Of a DNA stretch of 48,490 nucleotides, positions 30,804 through 40,417 are shown in pieces; position 1 is the stretch's first letter, and each line of letters starts with the position of its first letter. The position numbers and the translations under genes were made by a program. Where the stretch lies: positions 2,440 to 50,929 of the forward strand of contig MNQC01000103.1 of the NCBI GenBank assembly GCA_001915225.1, written 5' to 3'. The stretch comes from Collinsella sp. 60_9 (GTDB taxonomy: Bacteria; Actinomycetota; Coriobacteriia; Coriobacteriales; Coriobacteriaceae). The notes beneath the pieces are model-generated. The model had not been told where the DNA came from. It was given only the letters and a program-made list of their open reading frames with translations, and did no database searches.

Positions 30804-31829
30804 CTAGCGTGCTGCGTACTCGAGCATACGGTCGAGCGTGAGCTTGGCCCGGTCTGCTGCCTCGTCCGAGACGCCGATCTGTACCTCGCCCTCGCCCGTC
30901 TCCAGGCAGTGCACGAGCTTTTCGAGCGTGATGAGGTCCATGTTGACGCAGGTGGGCTGCACCGCGGGGAAGTAGAACTTCTTGCCAGTGCCCTGGCAGC
31001 GGCGCTCGAGCTCGTAGAGCACGCCGCGGACCGTCACGATAATGAACTCGCTCGCGTCGGACTCCTCGGCATACTTGATGATGCCGGCGGTGGAGCCGAT
31101 GTAGTCGGCCTCGGCCAGGACGTCGGCCTTGCACTCGGGGTGCGCCAGCACGAGCGCGTCGGGGTGGGCCTCCGTCGCGTCGACGATCTGCTCGACGGTG
31201 ATGATGTGATGGCGCGGGCAGTAGCCGTTGTTGAGGATGACGTGCTTTTGCGGCACCTGCTCGGCTACGAAGCGTCCCAGGTTTTGGTCGGGAATGAACA
31301 GAATATGCTGCTGCGGCAGCTCGGACACGATCTTAACGGCGTTGGAACTGGTGACGCACACGTCGCTCCAGCTCTTGATCTCGACCGTGGAGTTGACGTA
31401 GCACACCACGGCCAGGTCGTCGCCGTACTCGGCGCGCGCCGCGTCGACCGTCTCGCGCTTGACCATGTGCGCCATGGGACAGTCCGCGCCCGGCTCGGGC
31501 AGCAGCACGGTCTTAGTGGGATTGAGCAGCTTGGCGCTCTCGCCCATAAACTCCACGCCGCACAACACGATGGTCTGCTGCGGCAGGCTTTTGGCGAGCT
31601 TTGCCAGGTAGAAGCTATCGCCGACGTAATCGGCAACGGCTTGGACCTCGGGCGCCACGTAATAGTGCGCCAGGATCACCGCGTCACGTTGGGTTTTTAG
31701 TTGCTGAATGGCCTCGACGAGCTCTGCGGGCACCAGTGCCGCACGCTCCGTTGCCGTCGTTGCCGATGCCAGGCCGGCCGCGATATCGCGTGCAAGCTCC
31801 GACGCATCCATGTTCGCGCTCTGTGCCAT
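30804..31829 (-). CDS. nadA: Quinolinate synthase
   Basis: ILAHYY, GDSFYL, CGVEFMGE, ADCPMA, YVNS, VTSSNA, LAHPEC, GSTAGII. Confidence 0.95.
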   Translation of the reverse strand: MAQSANMDASELARDIAAGLASATTATERAALVPAELVEAIQQLKTQRDAVILAHYYVAPEVQAVADYVGDSFYLAKLAKSLPQQTIVLCGVEFMGESAKLLNPTKTVLLPEPGADCPMAHMVKRETVDAARAEYGDDLAVVCYVNSTVEIKSWSDVCVTSSNAVKIVSELPQQHILFIPDQNLGRFVAEQVPQKHVILNNGYCPRHHIITVEQIVDATEAHPDALVLAHPECKADVLAEADYIGSTAGIIKYAEESDASEFIIVTVRGVLYELERRCQGTGKKFYFPAVQPTCVNMDLITLEKLVHCLETGEGEVQIGVSDEAADRAKLTLDRMLEYAAR

Positions 31830-31868
31830 CAAGGCCCCTCTCTTTTGGCGAATCTTGGGGCTTTAGTA

Positions 31869-31916
31869 TGACACCTAGGTTTACAGCTGACAAGACAGCT
31901 GTAAACCTAGGTGTCA
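31869..31916. promoter_or_regulatory. Perfect 21-bp inverted repeat, probable NiaR operator overlapping the nadA promoter
   Basis: TGACACCTAGGTTTACAGCTG-ACAAGA-CAGCTGTAAACCTAGGTGTCA; a minus-strand TTGTCA-N17-CATACT promoter overlaps it. Confidence 0.8.
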
Positions 31917-32121
31917 AGTTGAAATAAAGATTCAATCATGTGGCAGGTCCATTTTCGAACTGGCAAGCTATGGATAGCCGAGTTCTCGATAGCGCAGGAG
32001 GCATCTTTCGCCACCGCAATACCGCTTGGCGCGAGTTGTACGCCGTGGGGCGCAAACGGTCCGCACCCCCGCAAGCGGCGCGTACCCGATGTGGCAAAAT
32101 CGAACTACTTAAGGGGGCCGA

Positions 32122-32844
32122 ATGCTCAAGATTATTGCCTGCGACGATGACGTCGCTTTTCTAGATAGACTGCACCGAATGATCGACCGTTGGTCGAGCG
32201 AGACGGGCACGGCGGTCGACGTTGCGCTCGTTACGCGTGGCGAGGACCTGCTGGCGCGCCATGCCGCGTCGCGCGCCGACATCATTCTGCTCGACATGAT
32301 CATGCCGCTCGTCAACGGCATGGACACCGCACGCGAACTGCGCCAGGCCGACACCGCCGTGCGCCTGGTGTTTCTCACCTCATCGCCCGAGTTTGCACTG
32401 GAGTCCTACGAGGTCAGCGCCTTCGACTACCTGCTCAAGCCCGTGACTTACGAACGCCTGGCGCAGTTACTCGACGAGCTTTCGAGCATGCGCCCGGCGG
32501 CAACCGACGAGCTCGTGATCAAAACGTCCTTTGGCTACCACGCCCTGCGCCTGTCCGACATCGAATATGCCGAGGCGCGCAACAAGCACGTGGTCTTCCA
32601 CCTGCGCGACGGACGCGATATCGAGGCACTCGAGTCGTTCCGCAGCGTCGAGGACCGCTTGGAGCAAAACGCAGTCTTCTTTAAATGCCACCGCAGCTAC
32701 CAGGTCAACCTGCGCAATATCGATCACTTTGACCGCACGGACATCGTCATGCGCTCGGGCGCGTGCATCCCGCTTTCGCGCAGTTGCAAGCAGGGATTCC
32801 AAGACGCCTACTTTGCGGTGCGCTTTGAGGCTGGGAGACACTGA
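32122..32844 (+). CDS. LytTR-family response regulator
   Basis: Receiver (ACDDD, LLDMIM, YLLKP) plus LytTR domain (FFKCHRSYQVN). Confidence 0.93.
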   Translation: MLKIIACDDDVAFLDRLHRMIDRWSSETGTAVDVALVTRGEDLLARHAASRADIILLDMIMPLVNGMDTARELRQADTAVRLVFLTSSPEFALESYEVSAFDYLLKPVTYERLAQLLDELSSMRPAATDELVIKTSFGYHALRLSDIEYAEARNKHVVFHLRDGRDIEALESFRSVEDRLEQNAVFFKCHRSYQVNLRNIDHFDRTDIVMRSGACIPLSRSCKQGFQDAYFAVRFEAGRH

Positions 32845-34121
32845 TGGTCTCCTCGGTCGAAATGGTCCTTTGGGCAATCCACCACGCCACAACGCTACTC
32901 TTTGGCGTCTTTGCCTCGGCGGCGCTGTGCGGTATCGAGATCAACCGGCGTCATGCGCTTGAACTGGTGCTGGTCGGTGCCGTAACCGGATGCGCATTTG
33001 GCCTCGCCAATGCCGTCGGCGGAGAGCTTTTCGCCCGCCAGGTATATCCGCTCGTCGTGCATCTACCGCTCATCATCTATTTGTGCGCGCGCTACCGCCT
33101 GAGCCCGCTGCTTGCCGTGCTCGGCATTACGAGTGCCTATCTGAGCTGCCAGTTCAGCAATTGGATGGGCATCGCCGCATTTGCCGCAACCGATTCTCAG
33201 ATCGCGTACTATCTGGCGCGCATCGCGACCACACTCGCCGTCTTTGCCGTCCTGCTGCATTGGGCCGGCGACATCGGTCCGCGCTTGGCGATTAAAAGCA
33301 CCACCGAGCTGGGCATCCTTTTAATCCTGCCGCTCGTCTATTACGTCTTTGACTATGCCACCAACGTCTACACCACGCTGTTCCACTCGGGCTCGGTGGT
33401 GACGGTTGAGTTTTTGGCATTTGCGCTCTGTGCCTTCTATCTTATGTTTCTTGCCGTTTACCTGCGCGAATACGAAGAAAAGGAAACCGCCGAGCGAGAG
33501 CGCTGGATGCTCGAAACCCGCGACAGCGCCGCCATCAAAGAGCTCGAGGCTTGGCGTCAATCTGGGCGCGAGCTGTCGATTCTGCGCCACGACATGCGCC
33601 ACTTCCTACGCGGCCTGGCCGCTTTAATTGAGGAGGGCCACACCGACGAGGCGCTCGATCGCATCGACGAACTCTGCGAAGCCGGCGACCGCACCGCCGT
33701 ACGCCGCTTCTGCGCCAACGAGACCGTAAACATCGCGCTTTCGTCGTTTGGCTCGGATATCAGCAAGCGCGGCATTTCCGCCGACTTGCGCGCCGCCGTG
33801 CCCCAGAGCGTGCATGTGGCCGATGTCGACCTGTTCAGCGTGCTTTCGAATGCCCTGGAAAACGCCATTGCCGCGGCGAGCACCGCCCCCGAGGGCAAGC
33901 GCTTTGTCGATCTTGATCTGCGGTTTGAGGACGGGCAGCTGCTGCTTTCGGTTTCCAACACATTTGGACGGGCGCCGCACATGGTCGACGGCATGCCCGT
34001 GGCTCAGCACGCCGGTCACGGCTTTGGCACCAAGAGCATTAAGCTCGCCGTGGAGCGCATGAACGGCAACTGCCAGTTCCGCATTAACGGCGATCGGTTT
34101 GAGCTGCGCGTTGTGATGTAA
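32844..34121 (+). CDS. Membrane sensor histidine kinase (GHKL, AgrC-like)
   Basis: Multiple TM helices, LRHDMRH H-box, NALENAI N-box, HGFGTKSI. Confidence 0.9.
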   Translation: MVSSVEMVLWAIHHATTLLFGVFASAALCGIEINRRHALELVLVGAVTGCAFGLANAVGGELFARQVYPLVVHLPLIIYLCARYRLSPLLAVLGITSAYLSCQFSNWMGIAAFAATDSQIAYYLARIATTLAVFAVLLHWAGDIGPRLAIKSTTELGILLILPLVYYVFDYATNVYTTLFHSGSVVTVEFLAFALCAFYLMFLAVYLREYEEKETAERERWMLETRDSAAIKELEAWRQSGRELSILRHDMRHFLRGLAALIEEGHTDEALDRIDELCEAGDRTAVRRFCANETVNIALSSFGSDISKRGISADLRAAVPQSVHVADVDLFSVLSNALENAIAAASTAPEGKRFVDLDLRFEDGQLLLSVSNTFGRAPHMVDGMPVAQHAGHGFGTKSIKLAVERMNGNCQFRINGDRFELRVVM

Positions 34122-34195
34122 GGGCGCGGACGCGACGGATTTGCGTTCCGCGGGTGCGGCTCGCCCGCTCGGGGTCTTTTGTCGATGCGGGCTCG

Positions 34196-34771
34196 CTACA
34201 GCGGCGCGGCTGCCGGGGTCAGCTGCTTGATGTATGCCCACATGCGCTGCTTGGCGGCTTTGTCAGTGAGCGCCGCCTCAAAACCGTCGAGCGCGAGCAC
34301 GCGGCGACCCTGCACATGGGCGACCAAGCCGGGCTTGAGCATGGCGGTGTCGAAGTCATCGATCGCCACGAGCATATCGGCGTAGGTCTCGCGCATGGTA
34401 TCGGCCGCGCGATCGTCCAGCAGTAGCACCGCCTCGGGGTCCAAAGCCTCAAGCGCCTCACGGAACAGCTCGCACGGCAGAGTCTCGCCCACCGCGACCG
34501 CTCCGTCACCCACGCCGGCGACGCTTGCCAGCACGCAAAAATCCTCGGGCGCGTAGCCGATGGCCCCAAGCGCCTTGCGCAACGCCGCGCCATCCGGGCC
34601 GGCGGCAAGCTCGCCACCCGAACGCTCGGCCTCGTCCAAATCGCCTTTGACCAGCACGATCGGCGAGCACGCGTTGCCCGCGATACGCACGCCACGGACC
34701 GCAAGCGATGTGAGCTCCTGCTCGGCCGCCTGGGCGATGGCTTCTTTTTTCTGGCTTTGTGACGTGGGCAT
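34196..34771 (-). CDS. Hypothetical protein (possibly a degenerate uracil-DNA-glycosylase-like fold)
   Basis: RBS GGAGAG before MPTSQ; GN..SPIVLVKG, GPDGAALRKAL, EALDPEAVLLL, KQRMW. Confidence 0.6.
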   Translation of the reverse strand: MPTSQSQKKEAIAQAAEQELTSLAVRGVRIAGNACSPIVLVKGDLDEAERSGGELAAGPDGAALRKALGAIGYAPEDFCVLASVAGVGDGAVAVGETLPCELFREALEALDPEAVLLLDDRAADTMRETYADMLVAIDDFDTAMLKPGLVAHVQGRRVLALDGFEAALTDKAAKQRMWAYIKQLTPAAAPL

Positions 34772-34907
34772 GCGCTCTCCAATCGTTTGCGTGCCCACCA
34801 TTATATAAAAGAGCTGCCCGCGAGTGGTTGCTTTGCGATCGGCTGGGTATAAGCACGGTCGTACTGAGTTTTACGCGGCCGAGCCGCGTCGCATTATGGA
34901 GGTCACC

Positions 34908-35228
34908 ATGGCTGACATTAATCAGATTACCCCCGAGAACTTCGATTCCATCGTTAACGACAGCCTGCCCGTGCTGGTCGATTTTTGGGCACCGTGGTGC
35001 GGGCCCTGTCGATCCCTCTCGCCCATCGTTGACGAGGTTGCCGATGAGCTGGCGGGCAAGCTCGCCGTTGCCAAATGCAACGTCGACGACAACCAGGACC
35101 TGGCCATGAAGTATGGCGTCATGAGCATCCCCACGCTGATTGTGTTTAAGAACGGCGAGGAGATTGACCGCTCGGTTGGCGCTCTGCCCAAGGCGAGGCT
35201 GCAGGCGCTGCTGGAGAAGCATCTGTAA
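34908..35228 (+). CDS. trxA: Thioredoxin
   Basis: VDFWAPWCGPC; SIPTL; RBS GGAGG. Confidence 0.96.
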   Translation: MADINQITPENFDSIVNDSLPVLVDFWAPWCGPCRSLSPIVDEVADELAGKLAVAKCNVDDNQDLAMKYGVMSIPTLIVFKNGEEIDRSVGALPKARLQALLEKHL

Positions 35229-35339
35229 TACGCTTGTTACCTGTCTGCCGTCCATGAGCGGTTTCGCACCGCTCGCCGGAGTGCCAAACGCAAGGCATGC
35301 GACCACGGATAGTATGGTAGACACAAACAGCCCCCAGTG

Positions 35340-35374
35340 AACGGGTGCGAGTCAGACGGACTCGCACCCGTTTT
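35340..35374 (+). terminator. Intrinsic terminator after trxA
   Basis: AACGGGTGCGAGTC-AGACG-GACTCGCACCCG followed by TTTT. Confidence 0.85.
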
Positions 35375-35448
35375 CTTATGCGGCGGCGCCCAAGGCGGGC
35401 GTAGTAGAATCTGAACCACCATTTCGCCCCGTACAAAAGGAGATTCCC

Positions 35449-35697
35449 ATGCATGACGTCGGAATGAACATGAGCCAGCTTGCCATGAGCGTCAAGCAGG
35501 TCGACGACACCATTGAGCTCGCTCACGAGTGGAGCCATCAGTTGCTGCATGCGACCGAAAACTTTGACATGGAGCGCATTGGCGCCAAGCTCGAGGCCGC
35601 CATGTCTGCGCTGCACGAGGCGCACGATGCGCTCGATGGCTACGAGGAGGCCATCGAGGCAGATCACAACTCCGTCGGCTCTGTGAAACTGGTGTAA
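35449..35697 (+). CDS. Small His/acidic-rich helical hypothetical protein
   Basis: RBS AAGGAG; 82 aa; ends 1 nt before nikR. Confidence 0.75.
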   Translation: MHDVGMNMSQLAMSVKQVDDTIELAHEWSHQLLHATENFDMERIGAKLEAAMSALHEAHDALDGYEEAIEADHNSVGSVKLV

Positions 35698-35698
35698 C

Positions 35699-36193
35699 GT
35701 GGCCGAGCACGAGCACGCGCACGATCACGGTGCGGACGACGATGCCAGCTGCCGCTGCAGCGGCTCCAGCTCCGAGCTGGTCCGCCTTTCGGTCACCGCG
35801 CCCGATGACCTGCTGCGCCGCTTTGACGAGCAGATCGCGCGCCGCGGTGACGTGGCTAACCGATCCGAGGCCGTACGCGATCTGATTCGCGCCTCGATCG
35901 CCAAGGAGCAGATGCGCACGCCCGACGAGCAGGTCATCGGTTCGCTCACCATGATCTATGACCACCATACCGGCGACCTGACGCGCCGTCTGGACGAGGT
36001 GCAGCACGACTACACCGACGAGATTGTCTCGACCATGCACGTGCATCTGGACCACCACAACTGCCTGGAGATTCTGGCGCTCAAGGGTCGCGGCAAACGC
36101 GTCTACGAGCTGGCGGACCGGTTGCTGGGGCTGCGCGGCGTTAAGCACGGCGAGCTCACCTGCGCCGCCACCAAGCAAAGCCTGGGGCTCTAA
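35699..36193 (+). CDS. nikR: Nickel-responsive regulator NikR
   Basis: RHH domain NRSEAVRDLIR; IYDHH, HVHLDHHNCLE nickel site. Confidence 0.93.
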   Translation: MAEHEHAHDHGADDDASCRCSGSSSELVRLSVTAPDDLLRRFDEQIARRGDVANRSEAVRDLIRASIAKEQMRTPDEQVIGSLTMIYDHHTGDLTRRLDEVQHDYTDEIVSTMHVHLDHHNCLEILALKGRGKRVYELADRLLGLRGVKHGELTCAATKQSLGL

Positions 36194-36222
36194 CAGCACA
36201 TACTTCAATGAAGGAGGGTCGC

Positions 36223-38826
36223 ATGCGGCATGTGCATATTCATGTGACGGGCATTGTGCAGGGCGTTGGCATGCGGCCATTTGTGTATCGCGAGGCTATG
36301 GCGCATGGCATTTGCGGCTGGGTGCTCAACGCGGGCGATGGCGTGCACATCGAGGCGCATGCTTCGGTCGAGGCGCTCGACGGCTTTGTCGCCGCGCTGT
36401 CGGAGCACGCGCCTGCCGCGGCCCGCGTTGAGCATGTCGCTGTTGCAGACCTGGAGCCCGACGTTTGGGATGCTGACGATGAGCAGGCCTTTCGTATCGT
36501 AGCGTCGCAGGATCAGACCGCGCACACGACGCTCATCTCCCCCGATATCGCCACCTGTGACGACTGCCTGCGCGAACTGTTCGACCCCGCCGACCGGCGC
36601 TATCACTACCCCTTTATCAACTGCACCAACTGCGGGCCGCGCTTTACCATCATCCGGTCGCTGCCTTATGATCGAGCGGCCACGTCGATGGATTGCTTTC
36701 CCATGTGCCCCGAGTGCGCCGCAGAGTATGGCGACCCGCTTGACCGGCGCTTTCATGCGCAGCCCGATGCCTGCTTTGACTGCGGGCCACATATTACTTG
36801 GCGCGAGGCCAATCGCGGTGTTGCGCCAGCGGGCGTTGACGCAACACCAGCCGTCGGCTCCACGCGCGAGGCCAGCGATGCCATCATCGAACGCTGCGTC
36901 GAGCTGCTGGCAGGCGGCGGCATCGTCGCCATCAAGGGTCTGGGCGGATTCCACCTTGCCTGCGATGCCAGCAACAAACAAGCAGTGCGCGAGTTGCGTC
37001 GTCGCAAGCGTCGCAGCAACAAGCCGCTTGCCGTTATGGTGCGCGACCTTGCCGACGCCGAGCGCCTGTGTCATATCGATGGCGTTGAGCGCGAGCTTCT
37101 CGCCGGCAGCATCCGCCCCATCGTGCTGCTGCGCCGGCGCACTGTTGGCGAGGGCAACGGCGATTCTCCCGACGCCCTCGTACTCGCGCCGTCCGTCGCG
37201 CACAACCTGCCCGAGCTCGGCGTTATGCTCCCCTACACCAAGAGCCCATCGAGACCGATGACGATCTTGCCCGGGAACACCTCGTTGCCGCCGGCATCGC
37301 CGACGCGTTGCTCGGTAACGACCGCGCAATCCTCTCGCGCTACGACGACTCTGTAGTGCGCGTGGTCGACGGCGCCGTTATGCCCGTGCGCCGCGCTCGC
37401 GGATATGCACCCCGGCCGCTGCCGTTGCCGGCGCTCGACGGCGCTCCGTCCTGCGTGCTCGCCTGCGGGCCACAACAAAAGGCCACGATTGCGCTCACGC
37501 GTGAAGGGACGAACGGCGAGGCAACCTGTTTTGTGTCGCAGCATATCGGCGATGTTGAAAACGGCGGGACCTTCGATGCCTGGAACGCCGCGCGCACGCG
37601 CTTGGAAGATCTCTTTGACTTGGCGCCCGCCGCCTTGGCCTGCGATGTACATCCCAGCTATCTATCGAGCCAGTGGGCGCGCGATCAGGCGCGAAAATGC
37701 AATCTGCCGCTCGTCGAGGTGCAACACCATCATGCGCATATCGCGAGCGTAATGGCCGAGGCTATCGCCGCGGGCCAGCTTACAACCGACGCGCGCGTCC
37801 TTGGCATCGCCTTTGACGGCACCGGCGCCGGCACCGATAGGACCATTTGGGGCGGCGAGTTTCTTGTCGCTGGCCTTGCTGACTTTGAGCGCGCAGCACA
37901 TCTGCGCACTTGGGCCCTACCCGGTGGCGTAGCGTCCGTACGCGACGCTCGGCGCAACGCCTTTGCCCTGCTCAGCGAACTCGGCCTGCTCGAACACCCA
38001 GGTGCCGCTCGGCTTTTGGGCACCCTCGACGAGCAAACGCGCAGCGTGACAGCCACCATGATCGAGCGCGGCATCAACAGCCCGCGTACCAGCAGCATGG
38101 GGCGTCTCTTTGATGCCGCGGCAGCAATTCTGGGCACCTGCGACAAGGCAACCTACGAGGGCGAACCCGCCATAGAACTCGAAGCCGCCGCCTGGCGCGC
38201 GCTTGACGGCGAAATCAGCCGTTTCGCTGGCAATCAGGTGGGCGTATCCGCATCCGTCTCAACGTCTCTGGACAGTTTGTTCAGATACGTATTAACTACT
38301 AACCCCTTGTCTGGCATTTTTGCCTCAAATTTGGCCAAAAAAGGCTCTCCAGACACCCTATTTGCGACAAGCGCGCCCGGCACAGGCCCCAAATCGACCC
38401 ATTTGGAGTCCTCACAGACGGCTTTTGCCACCCAGAGCCACTCTAAAAAACGTATCTGAACTAACTGTCCAGGATGCCTCGGACAGCCCTCTCATTCTGA
38501 ACCCCAAGCCACTTTTTGAGGCACTTTTGAGCAGAATCGAGACCGGAGAATCCGCCGACCGGCTCGCGCTCGGATTCCACATCGCTATCGCGCGCTCTTC
38601 GGCACGAATCGCACGCGAAATCTGCGCGCGCGAAGGCATCGATACCGTCGCGCTCTCGGGCGGCGTGTTCATGAACCGACTTTTGCTCCAGCTCCTCACC
38701 CGCGAGCTCAAAAGCATGGGTCTCACTGTCTTGATTCCCCAAACCGTGCCCGTTAACGACGGCTGCATCGCCTACGGTCAGGCGGCAGTCGCAAGCGCTC
38801 GTCTTGCGCAGATTGCATCGCAGTAG
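36223..38826 (+). CDS. hypF: Carbamoyltransferase HypF, broken by a deletion (~37240) and an inserted element (38268-38472)
   Basis: GIVQGVGMRP, CDDC/CTNCGPR, RRFHAQP, KGLGGFHLAC, SQHIGD, QHHHAH, SSMGRLFDA, LSGGVFMN, NDGCIAYGQ spread over three frames. Confidence 0.92.
38268..38472. mobile_element. 205-bp MITE-like element with 23-bp terminal inverted repeats inside hypF
   Basis: CTGGACAGTTTGTTCAGATACGT ... ACGTATCTGAACTAACTGTCCAG (22/23 complementary); interior more AT-rich than hypF; no target duplication seen. Confidence 0.72.
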
Positions 38827-38960
38827 CTCACCCTCGCACGCCGCTGTGCCCAGCCGTCTCACAGGCGTAACGCGTTTGCCCGCAAACCCCGTGAGCGCTA
38901 CCATCAACTGATGGATTATCAAGCGCCTATCCAGCGCAAAGCGTATAAAAGGGGAACAAT

Positions 38961-39221
38961 ATGTGCCTGGCCGTTCCCGGCAAAGTAGTCAAACGCGACG
39001 ACGACCTCAAGGCCACCGTCGACATGATGGGCATCGAGCGCCCCGTGTCGCTGAGACTCGTGCCGACGGCGCAGGTTGGCGACTATATTCTCGTACACGC
39101 CGGCTTTGGCATCCAGATTGTCAACGAGCAGGAAGCGCAGGAAACGCTCGAGCTTGTTAATGCCATGTCCGAGCTGGTCGAAGAAGACCAGCTTGCCACC
39201 AACCCGGCGGAGGCTTACTAG
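38961..39221 (+). CDS. hypC: Hydrogenase maturation chaperone HypC
   Basis: MCLAVPG N-terminus; VGDYILVHAG. Confidence 0.96.
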   Translation: MCLAVPGKVVKRDDDLKATVDMMGIERPVSLRLVPTAQVGDYILVHAGFGIQIVNEQEAQETLELVNAMSELVEEDQLATNPAEAY

Positions 39222-40333
39222 TGGCGCCCGAGCAGCCGGCTCGCTCCGGTATCGACTTCTCGGCATTCCGCGATCCCAAGCTGGCTCGCGAGCTCATCGA
39301 GCGTATTCATGAGCTTGCCGGCGACCGCGCCATCAACCTTATGGAAGTCTGCGGCACGCATACCGTGAGTATCGGGCGCTATGGCTTTCGCTCCATTATG
39401 CCTGCCGGGCTCAAACTGCTAAGCGGTCCGGGTTGCCCCGTCTGCGTTACCGCCAACCGCGACATCGACCACGCAATCGCGCTCGCCAACATAGACGGCG
39501 CCATCATCACCACCTTTGGCGACATGATGCGCGTGCCCGGGTCATCCACCTCGCTCGCTGCGCAAAAGGCGGCAGGGCGTGACATTCGCATCGTCTACTC
39601 CCCGCTCGACGCGCTCGACATTGCCGAGCAAAACCCCGATCGCCCGGTCATTTTTATGGGCGTGGGCTTTGAGACCACAACGCCCACCATCGCCGCCGCC
39701 ATTTTGGAGGCCGATGCACGCGGACTCCAGAACTTCTCGGTCTACTGCGCCCACAAGACCACGCCGCCGGCGCTGCGCGCCATCGCCAACGATCCCGAGA
39801 CCACTATCGACGGCTTTATCCTGCCGGGCCACGTCGCCACCATCACGGGCTTAGCCCCCTTTGGCTTTTTGGTCGACGAGTTTAAGACTCCAGGCGTGGT
39901 AACGGGATTTGAGCCGGTCGACATCTTGCAGGGTATCTGCATGCTGGTCCAGATGGTTGTCGAGGACAGGCCGGCGATTGACAACGCCTACCGCCGTGGC
40001 GTCAACGCAGACGGCAACCCCGTGGCGCGCCAGCTGGTCGAGCAGGTGTTTGAGCCATGCGACACCACGTGGCGCGGGCTGGGGCCGATTGCCAACTCGG
40101 GCCTTTCCATCCGCCCCGAGTTCTCGCGCTTTGATGCCCGCGTTCGCTTTGACGTGCCCGTTGAGCCGACGGTTGAGCCGCGCGGATGCCGCTGCGGCGA
40201 CGTGCTGCGCGGAGCCATTACGCCGAGCAGCTGCCCGCTCTTTGGCCGCACCTGCACGCCCGAGCACCCCGTCGGCCCGTGCATGGTGAGTTCCGAAGGC
40301 AGCTGCGCGGCATATTTCCGCTACCGAGGCTAA
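39221..40333 (+). CDS. hypD: Hydrogenase maturation protein HypD
   Basis: MEVCGTHT, GPGCPVC, GFETT, PGHV, CMVSSEGSC. Confidence 0.96.
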   Translation: MAPEQPARSGIDFSAFRDPKLARELIERIHELAGDRAINLMEVCGTHTVSIGRYGFRSIMPAGLKLLSGPGCPVCVTANRDIDHAIALANIDGAIITTFGDMMRVPGSSTSLAAQKAAGRDIRIVYSPLDALDIAEQNPDRPVIFMGVGFETTTPTIAAAILEADARGLQNFSVYCAHKTTPPALRAIANDPETTIDGFILPGHVATITGLAPFGFLVDEFKTPGVVTGFEPVDILQGICMLVQMVVEDRPAIDNAYRRGVNADGNPVARQLVEQVFEPCDTTWRGLGPIANSGLSIRPEFSRFDARVRFDVPVEPTVEPRGCRCGDVLRGAITPSSCPLFGRTCTPEHPVGPCMVSSEGSCAAYFRYRG

Positions 40334-40339
40334 TAGGTT

Positions 40340-40378
40340 CCGCCGTTCTAACGAACGGCGGACCAGTCGACGCTGCGC
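40340..40378 (-). repeat. Fragment of the dispersed structured repeat (terminal hairpin plus GCAGCGTC)
   Basis: CCGCCGTTCTAACGAACGGCGG identical to 7108-7129, followed by GACGCTGCGC. Confidence 0.75.
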
Positions 40379-40417
40379 CTCACCCATATAATTCCACCCA
40401 CGATTGGAGTTTTCGAT

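Noticed and set aside
35242..35331. NiCo riboswitch upstream of nikR-hyp
   Set aside because: Only GCCGG resembles the motif; the other conserved junction segments are missing.
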